A DNA stretch of 64,000 nt from Auanema rhodensis (taxonomy: Eukaryota > Animalia > Nematoda), in the NCBI GenBank assembly GCA_964057225.1, contig OZ059894.1, positions 17,112,001-17,176,000 on the forward strand, read 5' to 3'. Shown here in pieces: positions 48,601 through 62,779 of this stretch. The first letter of the stretch is position 1. Every line of letters begins with the position of its first letter. The translations under genes and the position numbers were made by a program. Below the pieces are notes generated by a model, which saw only the letters and a list, made by a program, of their open reading frames with translations, was not told where the DNA came from and did no database searches.

Positions 48601-51600
48601 ATCTTAAGATCATCTTCAACCATTTCTAACACCAGCCCTGGGTCATCATTCATTTCTATTCTAAATATGTATTCTTTTCAAGTTTCATATGCAAATTCAT
48701 GTTTAATTTTCTGAATTGATCTTACTTAATAAATTTATTAAACAAAATAAGTATTAAAATCTCTTTAGTATCCCATTCATACAAATTTAAGATAAACTTA
48801 AGAATATTACCATAAAATTATGTATAATCATATTCATTCCTTCGCTTTTTTATTAAAAATCCATGAATATTTGCTGAATGCTTCGTATATTTTATTTATT
48901 TGTCTATACTATATATGTACAAATGTATATATACGTTTTTTCTAGATACTATATTATAGTAGATACCATATCAGTACTGTCCTTAGTCAGTTATCCACAT
49001 CTCTTAACGCTTGATTAAGTCGATTCAGTCATCGAGGCTGGTCCTAGAACTTGTGCTTGACCAAATTGTGTTGCGATATGATCTAAAGTATCTCCATGAG
49101 TAGCCTAGGTTGTTCCATCAACCACGGACTGAGAAGGACACTCAGTCATACACCTTGCTGTCTTATTGTTAAGGCTAATTTGCTGCACAATTGGTTCTCA
49201 AAACTGTTACGTATCTCAAGGTTTTGCATACCTTCTGGGACCTAATCACATTCCCTTTTGTTTTATTTAATTATATTCTATTATATTTTGTTCTTTTATT
49301 ACCTTGGCTCACTTTCATTCCACATTTTGTTTTCACTTATTGGCTTTCCGTCAGCCGGTCGTCGGCTTTCGATCTTCAAAAACCTGGCTACTAGGTCTAT
49401 TCGTAAGACAAGATATATCTCAATCTCTAAATCTCCTCTTTTTACCTTACTCTGGTTCTGTTCTCTTAAATCTGGTAAGCTTTTGAAACGCGATATCAGC
49501 AAAGGCTGTAAGCTGTAACCCTTGAAGCCGGGCGACTGCTATCGTTCAGGTCGGCATACGGACAAAGCTAGAAGACGACACACAAGCAACCAGCCGTCAG
49601 GTTACGCTCAAGTTTTGAATATTCTATTCTAATGAATTGAACATTTGTTTTCCCAACATATTCAAAAAGTTTTTATCCATTTGAGTTCTCAATGCTGAGA
49701 CTCAGACTTAAATATTCATGTTTATAAGGAATATATTATAATTTTAAATTTTTGAACTTTTTGCCATATTCGAAGATGCTAGGAATATATATTTATAATT
49801 TTTGTTAAATCTGATAGAAGGAAATGATCCTGTGCGAGAAGAGGTTAAATCAAATGAATATGCAAGTGATCTCTACTCATCTAGTACATTCATAGAACCG
49901 TAGAAGATCAGCCTTCTGTATCAATTGGAGGGCGGTGAAGTGCCTGTTCTTCTTTTCTTCATTTTGCTCTTCTTTCATTCAGGGATCATGTCATCTGGTC
50001 CAAGAACCTTCTTAGCTTAGACCCATTTGACCAACCCATCCACTCATCTCATGTGTGCCAATTATCAAGCTGTTTTCCCATCGTTACTCCTCACATTCTA
50101 TTTCTAATGCTCATTAGTTTCTTCTATATTTGAATTTCTTCTCATTGATTTGTCATTTTTCTTTTTACGAGAATTGTTGATTCTGAAAATTCGGGCAATA
50201 TGATTGAACACCTCAAACCTTGGCATGAAAAATCAAAATTACGTAAAAAACCACTGGTTAGTCTGGAAATCAAGTTCTCTATACATCATCTCTTTGTTTA
50301 TGTTATGTTCTTATACCACAAACTACATATCGGTCAGGCTATATAGAAATACCAGGTTCATAAAATATTATAAAATTACTTTAGTAATTCCATTGTATTT
50401 TGTGATTCACAAATAATAGAAGATGTTTCACCATCTGTCTACATGTGCTCATCATGCTCACTTGTATAAGTAGAATAATACCCGGATTAACTGAATGATA
50501 CTGCGATCATCCCTTCCCACAGTGATCACCTACAACGTCTGCTGGTCATTGTGTCTAAGCACTTACTCAGATTTGATCTTAATTATGCCTTTTTTGCCTC
50601 ATTCTCTCCATAATACCCTTACTTAACAGCTTTTTATACGCTGACAGGCATTAAAGTAGTGGCTTAAGTTCGCACATTCCCTTGGATTCTATTATTATTG
50701 TCTTTTTACCAGCTGCAACTCTATTCAACGCTATTTAAAGTCACCGTTTGTTCTCGTTTAACAATATTTTGTTAGTTTACTTCTATAAGCTTGCCTAAAA
50801 ATGCTTGAATTTACTATTTTTACATAGCCAAATTCATTTCGAAAGCAGCTTATTGCTTCGCTTTTTCATTAGTTTTTATGATGCCCCAAAGAGAGAAGAG
50901 GAAAACCCTATTCTCTTGTCATCTGTTACCCTCCTCCCGTTTCTACCACCACACAACATCCCAGCATTCTACTCCATTCGTTTAACAACAAACTTGGCAA
51001 CATCACTTCCTCACTCTATATATCTCTTTGCTTCTTTCGTCAGTCTCATTTTCTCTATCTCTTCCGGAATTGATGTCAGAGAGTCAATGAATACTATACT
51101 AGGTGGATGTCATACATGTCATCTGTTATTCGACGACCTATCTCTAATATTCCAACTTTTTCCAACAGTTTTTAATCTTTTATATTGTCGATTCTTTACC
51201 ATTTCATGTATTAAAACAATTTTGATATCTCGCACAAGTGCCATTCAGCTTTTCCATCCCTCATATGTTATAAAACTCGAAGGGAGTTTGAAATGAAACT
51301 CTATAAAAGTCTTTAAATGATTCTTGATTTTGGCTTTCTTTTTGTCTTCTCCTTTTATGACGTCTGAAACCGTGTCCGGCATTCTGATTTTCATACGTGA
51401 ATGTAAATGTCCATCAGTCGATGTGTATTATGGTGCGCATGTCAAATGAAATCAACGTCCAGCCTTCTGTCTTGCCCACGACGCCACTCTCTTCTTCAAA
51501 ATTCTGCAAATCACTTTGAATTCATGTTATTGCCAGTCAAAGTATTTTCGCCATCGACATCGAAATGATTCAGTTTTTTCCCAATTTTCTTAACCATCCT

Positions 51601-54600
51601 TATATGATATATTCGTTTTTTGTTCTGAGGAAAAGATACATGCATATACATTGGTACAAACATTCAAAATAATCTTTTTTCTTTAGTTTAAGCTTATTTT
51701 CGCTTAGTAGAAACCCTGTTGTGCTACTAAGTTCAAACGAAGTATAATTCAATGAAGATGGTGTTTGATTTTTGCTTAAACTATGCAAATTAGATAGGAC
51801 GAATGAGGTTTTTATTTGAAATATCTTTCTCATATTCATGATTAAGAGATCTCACCCGGAAATTAGAAAGTAGAGACTTCTTTCCGTTTTTCTTATATCT
51901 GCAATACACTATAGTCATACATTGGGTATATATGCAGATTTCTCAAGAAAATTCTTTTCTTCATTGCTCTTAACCTTATCAAAATTATTTTATTTTCAAG
52001 ACAATTTTAAAACTTGACTTAAAGAAAAGAAACTTATATAGCGATTATAATTTCTTGCGTAGAAATTCCTATCGTTTCTTCTTCTTATTTTTGGAAATCA
52101 ACTCACATGTGTCTCTACGCACTATTACACGGTAGTAATGTTTGCTCTGACGAATAGTACCCCAGAAGGAGATACTTCACTCCTTTCATCTCTTGAATAT
52201 AGGCATAGTTAGAGAGAAACATGTACATACAGAAAACACAGAGAGATTGAAAAGAAAAGTAAGCGATTGTCATAGAAAGAAAGTACTAGAAGGAAAGAGA
52301 GAGAGAAGTTGGTACAGACCAAACCGTTCAAGAGATGTCATTTCCACTAGAAGATGTTAGAACAATCTGCTATTTAACTTGCTTCTTCCTTTCAAAGTGT
52401 ATAGTCAAACTTGAATTAACATTGATCTCAATGAAAAATGTTAAAAACTTTACTTTGATTTAACTTTTCGCATTCTTATCATCATCTTTACAATTGTATA
52501 GTTCAGTATTATGAATATTAAATAAAATTTAAATATGATCAAAATTCAAATTTGTATTGTCATTATTGTGATCATAAGTTAGAGAGATTTGTAGTTAGAT
52601 GGCTAAGCCAGCTAAATAAAGCCAGATGACCTCGACTTGTGCATTTTCCCAATCCTCAGCCTATTCATCGGCATATGATCCTGTTAGTGGAACTTATACG
52701 CAAGATTCATCTGTAGTTTATCCGCTAGAGTCATGAATGTTGGTAGTAATAAGAAGTATATGAGAGAAAATAAGTGAAAAGAGAGAGACAGAGATAGAGA
52801 TAGAAAGAGAGGGAGGCAATGAGGGGAATATAGAGAGAGAGAAAGAAAAAAAAAGTTTTGACTGATCAATGAACTAGAAAATCTCATATAACGGATTTTT
52901 CCATTTCCTGTCAATAATATTACTTTTTATTCGGACATTTTATTAAGTATTCTTCACGTGTTATTTGTTTTCAATTTTTTAATTTGGAAGTGTAAGCATT
53001 AATACCCAATCGTGTTCTTAATTTTTTCCTATCTTTCTAATTCAAAAGTAAAATCTTTTTTATAAAAAAAAGGATGTGGCCGTATTGTCCAGAAATGTAA
53101 AATGTCTTCATAGGCTCTTGACCATCACTGTTAAGAGGGTGTGCTGCCTTCCTACATTACATAATAACAGAGCATAGACCGATGTTACTATGTTTGTCTT
53201 CAACCTTCTGAAGCTCTTTGTTTTAGCCGAGACTTTGTTGATGTTTATATGCCCAAGTACCTCAGCGAAGTAACTCACTCGACCTTTGTCATTTCTTTTC
53301 AATTCAATATTCAGTTCAATTCCTATCATTATAGTTATTTATTTCTTTAAAAATAATTATTTATTCAATCAATTTTATTTTCTACTGATTCATAATATAT
53401 AATTTTCATTTCACATCTCATATGGTATTCATACGTAGAGCTGCTACTCATCTAACTAGCTGCTGCTGTTTCATTTGGGTGAACATGCTAGCATAAAAGC
53501 TTAGACGTTTAGTAGTTATTTCATCAGCATTCTGTCAATTCATTTCATTACATTCTTAAAATTTCGTAGTTTCTCCTTTCATTCATTATCAAGTAATATT
53601 TTCAAAAAATATTCTTTCTGAGTATTTTTTTGAGCATTTTTCTCTGAAAAAGTTGTTGGTTTTCAAAAGAAAGTTGTTTAAATTCGAACTTTGAGAATGA
53701 AGCATCCGGACAAAACGTTTTGCTTCGCGTGCTATTCCATACTTTATCTATAGCTATTCTCTCACAGCATGTTGTCTATTGTTTTGCATAGAACAGTTTT
53801 ATGTTCTTCCAAGTTTTATATTAAAGTATTCATTCAATCTTTTATTTATATTTTATTTATACATCTTATTGCCGTACTAATTATGTATCTTTCAGAATAA
53901 TACTTCAAGTCTATTGTTTTATATACGATGAACATACATACATACATATGGTCACCTCTTGTCTTTATACTCATTACCAGTCATTATCCACGCAACTCCT
54001 ATTCCTACAGATTGGATAAATCCACTCAAGCGATCAACAACTATTCCTACCCCTTCAACAACTAATTATATTCTTCAGATTAATTTTCTATTAACTGATC
54101 TGCATGCAATCTTTTACTTGAGACTCAACAAGGAATTCATCGTTGTCAACCTCATCCATTCACAACTTCCTCCACATCTCTGTTCTTCTTCTCTCTACAA
54201 AACAATTTAGCATTTCGTTCTTTCATTAGAACGATAAAGTATTCGTCTGCTAAATATGGAGATGTATTGTCTAACCAGTTGGTTCTTGTGGTCTATTTTA
54301 CGGCTTCGAGCCGGCACTACCTCATCTCAATATTCTATGCGATTCCACGCTTGAACGGCACAAAGCTTTGATGCCCTCGGGCTATCTTTCTCGTATTCTA
54401 CTCTCTTTCTCTGTATGTTTCAATGATCTACCTATTGCCTCAGTGGCATCCGATATCTCTGCTCTCTCCTCTAACCACGTAATCTATCAACTATAGAGGA
54501 ATGACTGAATTCGTGAATAGGTAAATACTTGAGAACAAGTAAGAACCCCAATCCGTTTACTTTGTTAAATTTTCAAAATTTCAATTTAGTCGGTTTAATA

Positions 54601-57600
54601 GTTTCTCAAATCAATAGCTCACATTCAAACTATAATTATTAATATTATATAATTATGAAAGATAGAAGTTCACGGTTTTTCATCTTCCCTTTCTCGAAAA
54701 TTTCTAAGAAATAATCAAAAGTTTGTGTCTTTTCTTCATTTCAAAGAAATGTATTTTCTTTATTTCCTTTGTAATGTCAGAGCTCGAAAATCCGATACTG
54801 GTCAAAATCATGTTCGTACTCTTTAATAATTCAAACCCCATTAGATTCATGAATCTGCATCTCTTTAAAGAGAGAAAGAGAGAAAGAAAGCTGATATTGA
54901 GTAGATATGAAAAAGTGAAACATCATAGTTTATATGAAAAAGACAAGAAAAAGAAGAAGATTATAATTACTTCAAGATGTTTATTACACATCTGTTAGAA
55001 AAACTATTTGTTGATTACAAATTTGTCTCATAATAATTAGAGAACTTATCAAGGAATGCAATCTATTTCAGACTAATTAGCTATATATGTATGTCCAGAT
55101 GTTTTCTTTTCTATTCAATCTCTTTTCCAGTCATTTAACTAAAACCTTGTCACAACGATTTATAATGTTAGTTCTTGCGTAACTATACATATAGTGTTAT
55201 ATATTTATATTTATATATATACATGGTTTATACTACATCTGCTATAAGCATTTTAACAGCTTTCATATTACTTTAGCTTGTTCTTAAAAGGATCAAATAT
55301 ATATGAACTAAAGTTGTTCATATGCCAATGGCAGTGAAAGATTAACACCGTAGGCTGTCTTCACGCCTCAGCCTATATCATATCCGAGTTTTGTTTTGTT
55401 TATTCAAATATTATTTAGTTTGAACCAAGAACCTTTGTTCCTATTCTAGCTGTCCTTTGTTCATGTTTCTCATGCAGCCACTGGTGTCATGTTTGGCGCC
55501 ATAGCTGGAAAGCTAGATCTTCACAGGTTCATTCAGTAGTTCAGTAATATGTAACACTTCGGAACAGTCTTAAAAATTTTTCTTCAAAACTCTATGAAAA
55601 CTTGTCGTGACTCGCTGCATTTTAAACTTTTCTTCTCTCCTCACTATGTAATCCGTTCAACCTTTCCAAACTTTGATTCTTTCGGATGCCTATTCATGGC
55701 TTTTAAACTCTTTGTATTGTTCTTTCTCTTCGGCCATTCTGCCGATATTTCACCTTATTTTGTTCTTGAGGAATTTCTCTCAAGTTTTCAGGAATTGTCT
55801 GCACACACACAATGCTGTTTTTGGTGTATATCCAAGTTTTTTCGATCTCAAATACATTTTCTTTTTTTTTCTCTAAACTGTCCGGGGATTTGCCGTTTTA
55901 CCTCAATCCAACCACTCGAAGTGCTTTCAAACACTCATGCGGAACCGTACTATGTGTCATCTTCTTCTCGCCTTTTCATCGGCTTTCAGCTCATTTTTCT
56001 TTATCTTTTCTTCTCCTCCCCCTTTTGAAATATCTTACCGTATTTACAATTTTATATTTTTAATAATAATTTTTTTTAAATGACCTAAATGATTGAAACA
56101 TATAATTTTCGGTCAAAAAAAATTATATAATAGAGTACATAAAAATAACTTTAACTAGTAATTTTCATGGAATTCTTTATGCAATCTACATACATTATGC
56201 CTATAATTTCTTAGTAATTACAGCTAATGCTTGTTGACCTTTAAGCAGATAATAAGTTCAGCCTACTGACTATGCTCTAATGTATAATGCCAACACATTC
56301 TATTGTTTTCATTTTTGTCATAACCTGAGAAACCGAAAAAAAAGTTTAGGAGACATTCAATTCGACCTTCTTTAAACAGTTATAAGGAACAGCATCACAT
56401 TACCTCTATTTAGTTCTGTTGAGAAAGTTGGTCAAACCTATTTTGTTTTAACTATACTATATATAGTATATAAACCTCCGTACGCAACTATCGGCATTGT
56501 TCACCATGGGGGGTCAAGCTGCACGATCATTATTTTCGGTTCCGTCTGCTGCTGCTCAACGGGACTCAGCTATTAGAGCTGATTCTAAGATCTCTTTTTT
56601 CTTTTTTTGGTCATCTTTTCTTTAAAAATACTTATTCATTCTTTTTGGTTTTCCTTATGGGACAGATAGATAATTACTAAAGTAGTGACCTACTGTTTAT
56701 ATCAAAGATTGTCACTTTGATTCAAAATGTATTCGTATATTTCTATTTCTCTCTCATATAATTAATGTTTTGTTGATTTTAAATGTTAAACATGAAGTAA
56801 CTATGAAAGCATCTTTGAATTCATAATCCTTTATTACAAGGTGTGAAAGATGCAGAATGAGTAGCATCCGTTACCATAGTTACATAGCACTTTGTTCTCT
56901 TAACCTATATAAGTACACATGTATACGCATATAGTTGGAATAATTAAGCTTTTCCTATAAACATTTTACATGTTCAAAGCTATCCAAACAATATTACACA
57001 TATGACATTGCTCTTTTGTGTATTTTTTTTGCTAAATATGGTGTTTTTATGAATTCTTGCCTTCAAATTAGACATCAATTCTCTTTATGTTTTGGTCATT
57101 CTCTATGAATAGCCTGAACGAAGTTAGTTGGAACACGATAAATTTGTTTTCGTTTTTGCCTTCTGTTCTTTCAGTTTTTTCCGAAATAGGGAATAGCATT
57201 TGGTTAGCTTGATCACGCTGTCCTATTTTCCTCTTTTTACGTTATTGTAGTAGATGACTTTTAGGTTTACTCGTATATATGTCATATATATCTGATAACC
57301 TTACTTATTCTCTTATAATATCTCTTAAACTATTCATATTAGTCTATATCCTTATACACTACGAAATACTCACTTAGCCTCGGCTACTGGCCTCTTGCAT
57401 TCAACACACGTGTGAACATGATATGTCATAGTACTTATAAAGGTTCTTATTCCAAGGGCTATTATAAGCAAAATTTAAAGTTGATTGAGGTTTTAGGTAC
57501 TTCCATCTTTCGAAATTGAAAATATAGTTTAGTCATCCTTAAATATTGAATTCTTGTAAAGAAGGCCATTCCTTTCTTTTCATCTTAGAAATATTGGAAG

Positions 57601-59177
57601 CTGGGTCTGTTTGGGCATATCAAATATCTTTTCAAGTTCAGTAAACTGTCTATAAACTATAATAACTATACTTTCTTTTAATTTTGCCGATAACTTTAAC
57701 TATATCTCTTTGTTTTCTTTTCAACATTGAAAGCTCTTTCTAAACTGTTTCCCTTAACTACAGCAGATTCTATAAACTATTTTAAACCAATCCAAATTGA
57801 GAAGATGAGAAGAAAATATCCTTGTTAAACTTACGAGGAACTTGATGTCAAATATCTTTTTTTGATTCTCCGATCATTCCTCTGACAATGCTGTCTTCTT
57901 TGCAGTTTTTCCGTTCTTACAGTTGCAAAATACAAATACACAAATACTTCCTATCAGATTTCTTCTTGCTCTACTTAAATTTTCATTTCGAATTTTTGCT
58001 CTTTACAACCAGAGTACACGGAATTCCCATGCCTTCCTGTGGATCAAGCAAGCTTCTTACTATCTTGTTTGCCTTTGTCAATCTCACCGTATCTTCTCGG
58101 GGCCACTTACCTTGTGTTCCGGACATCCACCGTAAGCTCCACCTCCATTGTCCAGCTCGTCCACGTTTCCTTCTCCCTCAACCTCTAAGGCTCATTTGCG
58201 TTACTCCTCCTACTCTTCTCTTTACCCTCCTCCTCTCCCATCATTCTTCCATTTATGGTCATCAGTGTGTATTTTTGATCCAAAAAACATACAGCAATTC
58301 TGATCTCTCACATATTCTTCATTAGTCTCCTTATTTGTCTTTTAGTATCTTCTCACTTTGCCATTCGTATACACATCCTGCAACATTGGCTAGGTAAACA
58401 ATTCTCGATGACTGTATTTGACTCCTCCTACTACAACTACTATCTTAGCTACTGCTATTCACGTAGACAACATTCTCATTTACCTTGTTCATATTTGGCT
58501 TTCTCTACATATGTATTCATATTCATATCTTTTATTCAAACTAGTTGTTCATCATGTTCTTCTAATTCACAAGAGTATATTTTTAAAAGTTTCGATCTCA
58601 CTGTTGAAACTCTATTTACATTTGCCTATTTTCCTGTTCCATGTATTTTAGCTTCGTCTTCCGCTATGATATCAGTAGCATCAACAGATAAGAATTATGA
58701 AAGTGGAAAAAGAAATTGAGAAGAGAGCAAGGCAGGGGAACTGAGCAAGAAAGAGAAGGGGGGGGGGGCTGGTGAGGTAAATCCACTAAGAGAAAATGAG
58801 AGAAGGGCCGTGCATAGACCAGTCCTCTTCAGTCGACTATCAACAGTACGTCGTTCTCTAGTAGATCACTGGCTTTAACAATCTCTCTATCTTAATTTTT
58901 TTCTCTCATTCATTTTCTCTCTCCTGTTTTTATTAAATGTCTAATGAAATCCTCATCTATACATTGCTTGTCAATCTCATGTTCAAGACACGGATTTTCT
59001 GTTTTTCAAATAAAAAAAAAAATAACTACATTTTGAAAAGATAACCTTTTGAAATACTTTCATGGATTTTCTTTATTATATTTGATTATTCATTTTTCTT
59101 TTTATATAATTCCTCGTTTTTATATTCTTATTTAAATATTCATTTTTTTAGATTGAACCTTCGTATCAGAAAAAACA

Positions 59178-61148
59178 ATGAACTTCCTATTTTGGCTGTT
59201 CATATTCGGTCTGAATGTTTTTTCTGCTCACAGTAAAGGATGTGAGCCAATTACTATACCTTTATGTCGTGGAATTGGATATAACATGACTTCATTCCCT
59301 AATAGTTACGGACATGAGAAACAGGAAGAAGCTGGACTTGAAGTACACCAATTTTATCCATTAGTTGAGGTAAAACATCTAACTATCTATAAAGGTTACT
59401 AATTGATTTGGCAATTTTAGGTAGGATGCTACCAACATTTGAAGTTTTTCCTCTGCACATTATATACACCTATCTGTCAAGATAATTACGATAAACCAAT
59501 CCTTCCATGTATGGAACTTTGCTTAGAAGCTAAAAAAAGATGTAGTCCAATTATGCAAAGGTATATCTTACTTTATATCAACTAATTTACATTTTACCTT
59601 CTTAGATATGGATTCCGTTGGCCGGAAACATTATACTGCGATTCATTGCCACGTATGGCAGACCAGTTAACATCAGGAAATATCTGCGCTGCTCCTCCAG
59701 ACACCCCGAAACAGATGAAAAAACAACCGCAACATTTGCCTGTTTTACCTCTCGATCAGGGTCCTATTGTTGTGGATATTGGAGATATCTCTGCTCCATC
59801 TAGCGACTGTGAATGCCGATGTGCTGCTCCATTCCAATCCGTTGCTAGTCGTCAAACGATGGTTGGAAATGTATCAGGATGTTCATACCCGTGCCATTCA
59901 TCGCTATTGACTGAGAAGAACAAGCCTTTCTTAACCTCTTGGATGGGTGTTTGGTCTATCACCTGCTTCATATTATCTGCTTTCACCTTTCTCACTTTCC
60001 TCATCGAAACTGATCGTTTCCAATATCCTGAGAGACCAATCTTCATGTTGGCTTTCTGCCAGATGATGGTATCTGTTGGATTTATCATTCGAGTATTTGT
60101 CGGTCACGAGCAAATTGCTTGTGATCAATACCGTATCCGAGGCGTAGAAGATGGTAACAGCAGTGTTTGCCTTTTGGTAAGAATACTGTTTTTCTAAACA
60201 TTTATCTTATATTATGCTTTTAAGGTATTTCTTCTCACATATTTCTTCGGGATGGCAGCATCTGTTTGGTGGGTGGTGTTATCACTTACATGGGTCTTAG
60301 CAGCTGCCTCAAAATGGTCATCTGAAGCAATTGCTTCCTATTCGTTCTACTTCCACATTCTCGGATGGCTTGTACCAGCTGGACAAACCGTTCTTGTTTT
60401 AATCTTCCACTCTATTGATGGAGATCCAGTAACTGGTATGTGTTATGTAGGAAATACTGATGTGATGGCTCTCCGCATTTTCGTTCTTGGTATGTTTTCA
60501 TATGTTAATACTCAGCATATTCATTATCTTTTAGCTCCACTTGTTGTATACTTTGCTCTTGGTGTTCTCTTCTTGTTCGTCGGTTTCTTCAATTTATGGC
60601 GTATACGCAATGAAGTACAAAAGCAACACCCAGGACTTGACAATGCTTCTAAGCTCACTCAGCTCATGTCAAAAATCGGAATATTCTCTGTTCTTTACAC
60701 TGTACCAGCCCTCTTTGTCATTCTTGCTTTATTCTACGAGCAACATAACCGTCAAGCATGGGAAGAATCAGCACTCTGTCCATGTGCTGCTAAGACAACA
60801 TCATCACATGATATGACTTTGATATTAGCACTCATCAAGACAGCCTGTATGTGTGTTGTTGGATGGACCAGTGGTGTCTGGATTTGTAGTCGCAAGACAC
60901 TTTCCTCATGGCTTAATCTTATCTGCTGTCTCGGTAAGTATATTTTGATAATTCTTCTCATATCTAGCAGAATAATCTAATAGACATTTCATTCATTTTT
61001 CTATTTTCCAGGTCGTCCAGTATCATCAACTAAGTATCAAGCAGCTGATATCTTATATGCCAAGAGCGATATATCGGCTCCCCCACACTTCTACAATACA
61101 GCACTCAGGCAAAATCATATCTATGGAGCTATTTCGAACAAGTTATAG
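59178..61148 (+). CDS. cfz-2: Frizzled receptor (Fz5/8-like)
   Basis: Exons 59178-59369, 59421-59560, 59606-60176, 60225-60489, 60535-60933, 61012-61148. Signal peptide; [49 protein letters not shown]; RFQYPERPI; seven TM segments; KTxxxW motif (KTLSSW); tail [12 protein letters not shown]...NKL* as recalled for CFZ-2. Confidence 0.95.
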
Positions 61149-62691
61149 GCATATGTAACATATGGTTCCTATTTTAAAATTATTCTTGATCATATCAAGA
61201 TTAATATACGCATGATATACAATTAGTTTGAACATTTTTCAACAACACAAAACACCGATATTCCGGTCATCTAGTCGTTTTAACTTCATATGATTCTTTC
61301 TAACTCTCTGATAATATATAATATATCCTTTCATTATTCCAAAATCAAACTTTTATATATTTACAGTAAAGAGCTTGTCCACACATTGGTTATCATGTGA
61401 TAGTTATTTCTTATACCAAATGTTGTTGTTTGTCATCATTATCTTTGAAATTTCGTTTTTTTATCTTTAAGATATAGCCTTTATGTACATATTCATGATT
61501 CTTCTATGAAATGATCTCAGGATGAAATCTAATTATTCAATCAAATATTGTAATTATCCACCTGACTGAGCTTAATTTTCCACAGCTTGACAAGATTATT
61601 CAGGGTATGCTTGTTCGAGAAATGTTTTCTTATAAATAAATGTATTTTATTAAATCATTAAGTATTATAATCTAATATGAATATAAATAGATTAATGAAA
61701 ATTGAATCATAGAACGGTTGCTTGTGTAATATTAGACATGAAATGCAACTATAAAACTCAACTAAATCATCATGATCTGTGATTGATCATCTGTGAATGA
61801 ATTGTTTGGAATTTATTTTTTTTATAATCAACTATGCATCTCATATACGTATATCACAATGAATATTGAAATTAAAAAACTATGCTTAAAACTGGCTGTT
61901 TCCGAAAAACACGTGGAAAAAGCAGAATACGTGATAGTGATATGGAATCAGCGAAAATATATATACGAAATGTTTCATATTAAAAAGTTCAAAAACGAAT
62001 TTTTCGAAATTTTAAATTTCTCTATGAACCATATTCGTACCTATCTTATATTGAACAATGAAAACGGGTTTTTCCATTGTTGGTGAACCAACGTACGGGA
62101 ATTAAAGGATTAAATCTGAGAAAAAATGAAAATGAGTATAAAAAGTTGAGAAAATCTATAGGAAACTGGATTATTGGAAGTTTTTATCAAAAAAGTAATT
62201 AATATTCTTCTCATTAAATATATATAAATATATATAGACATATAGATATATAGATAAAGAGATATTTTTAAGTAATAAAATTAAAAAAAAATTATTTTTA
62301 TAGTAATTTACAAATAAAATTAAAAAATATAAACAAAAATAAATTGAAGAAAAATTAAAAAACATTGAAGAGAAATGCTTATTTCTTTTCAATTAAAACA
62401 AAAAACTGAAGAAATATCGTTAAACAGGATATAAATACTGTAAAGGCAGACTATTCAGATTTTTTATTAATTATAAATTTATTTAAAGAGTGTACAGGGA
62501 AGCTAATTAGCTATATATGATGATTAACTGTTATTATTATTTTTATTAAACTAACTGGAAATGAGTATATGCACAGGTGTAGTGTACTATGGTTCCGATA
62601 AGAAGAACCATAAGATCTTTATGAGGCTCTATGATAAAAAAAAGATGAAAATACGAGAGAATTATCGGTCTTGTAACATCTGTGATACTTT

Positions 62692-62779
62692 TCAGATAAG
62701 ACACTCTACAACTGCGTTCTTCGATATTGTCCAAGGCTGTTCACCATTTGCAGGTGTGAAAGCTGCAGCTTCTGCAAAG
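62692..62779 (-). CDS. Possible terminal exon of an unidentified minus-strand gene
   Basis: ttttatatag acceptor, then FAEAAAFTPANGEQPWTISKNAVVECLI*, and AATAAA about 145 nt downstream (62542-62547). No homology recognised. Confidence 0.25.

Noticed and set aside
53465-53472. CTGTTTCA piRNA (Ruby) motif
   Set aside because: Isolated occurrence; no cluster of motifs noticed in the window.
45435-58719. Long hydrophobic ORFs in the desert (for example 50805-51296, 55594-56028, 57888-58325)
   Set aside because: Products of T/C-rich composition, often beginning at non-ATG codons; no motifs or splice structure.
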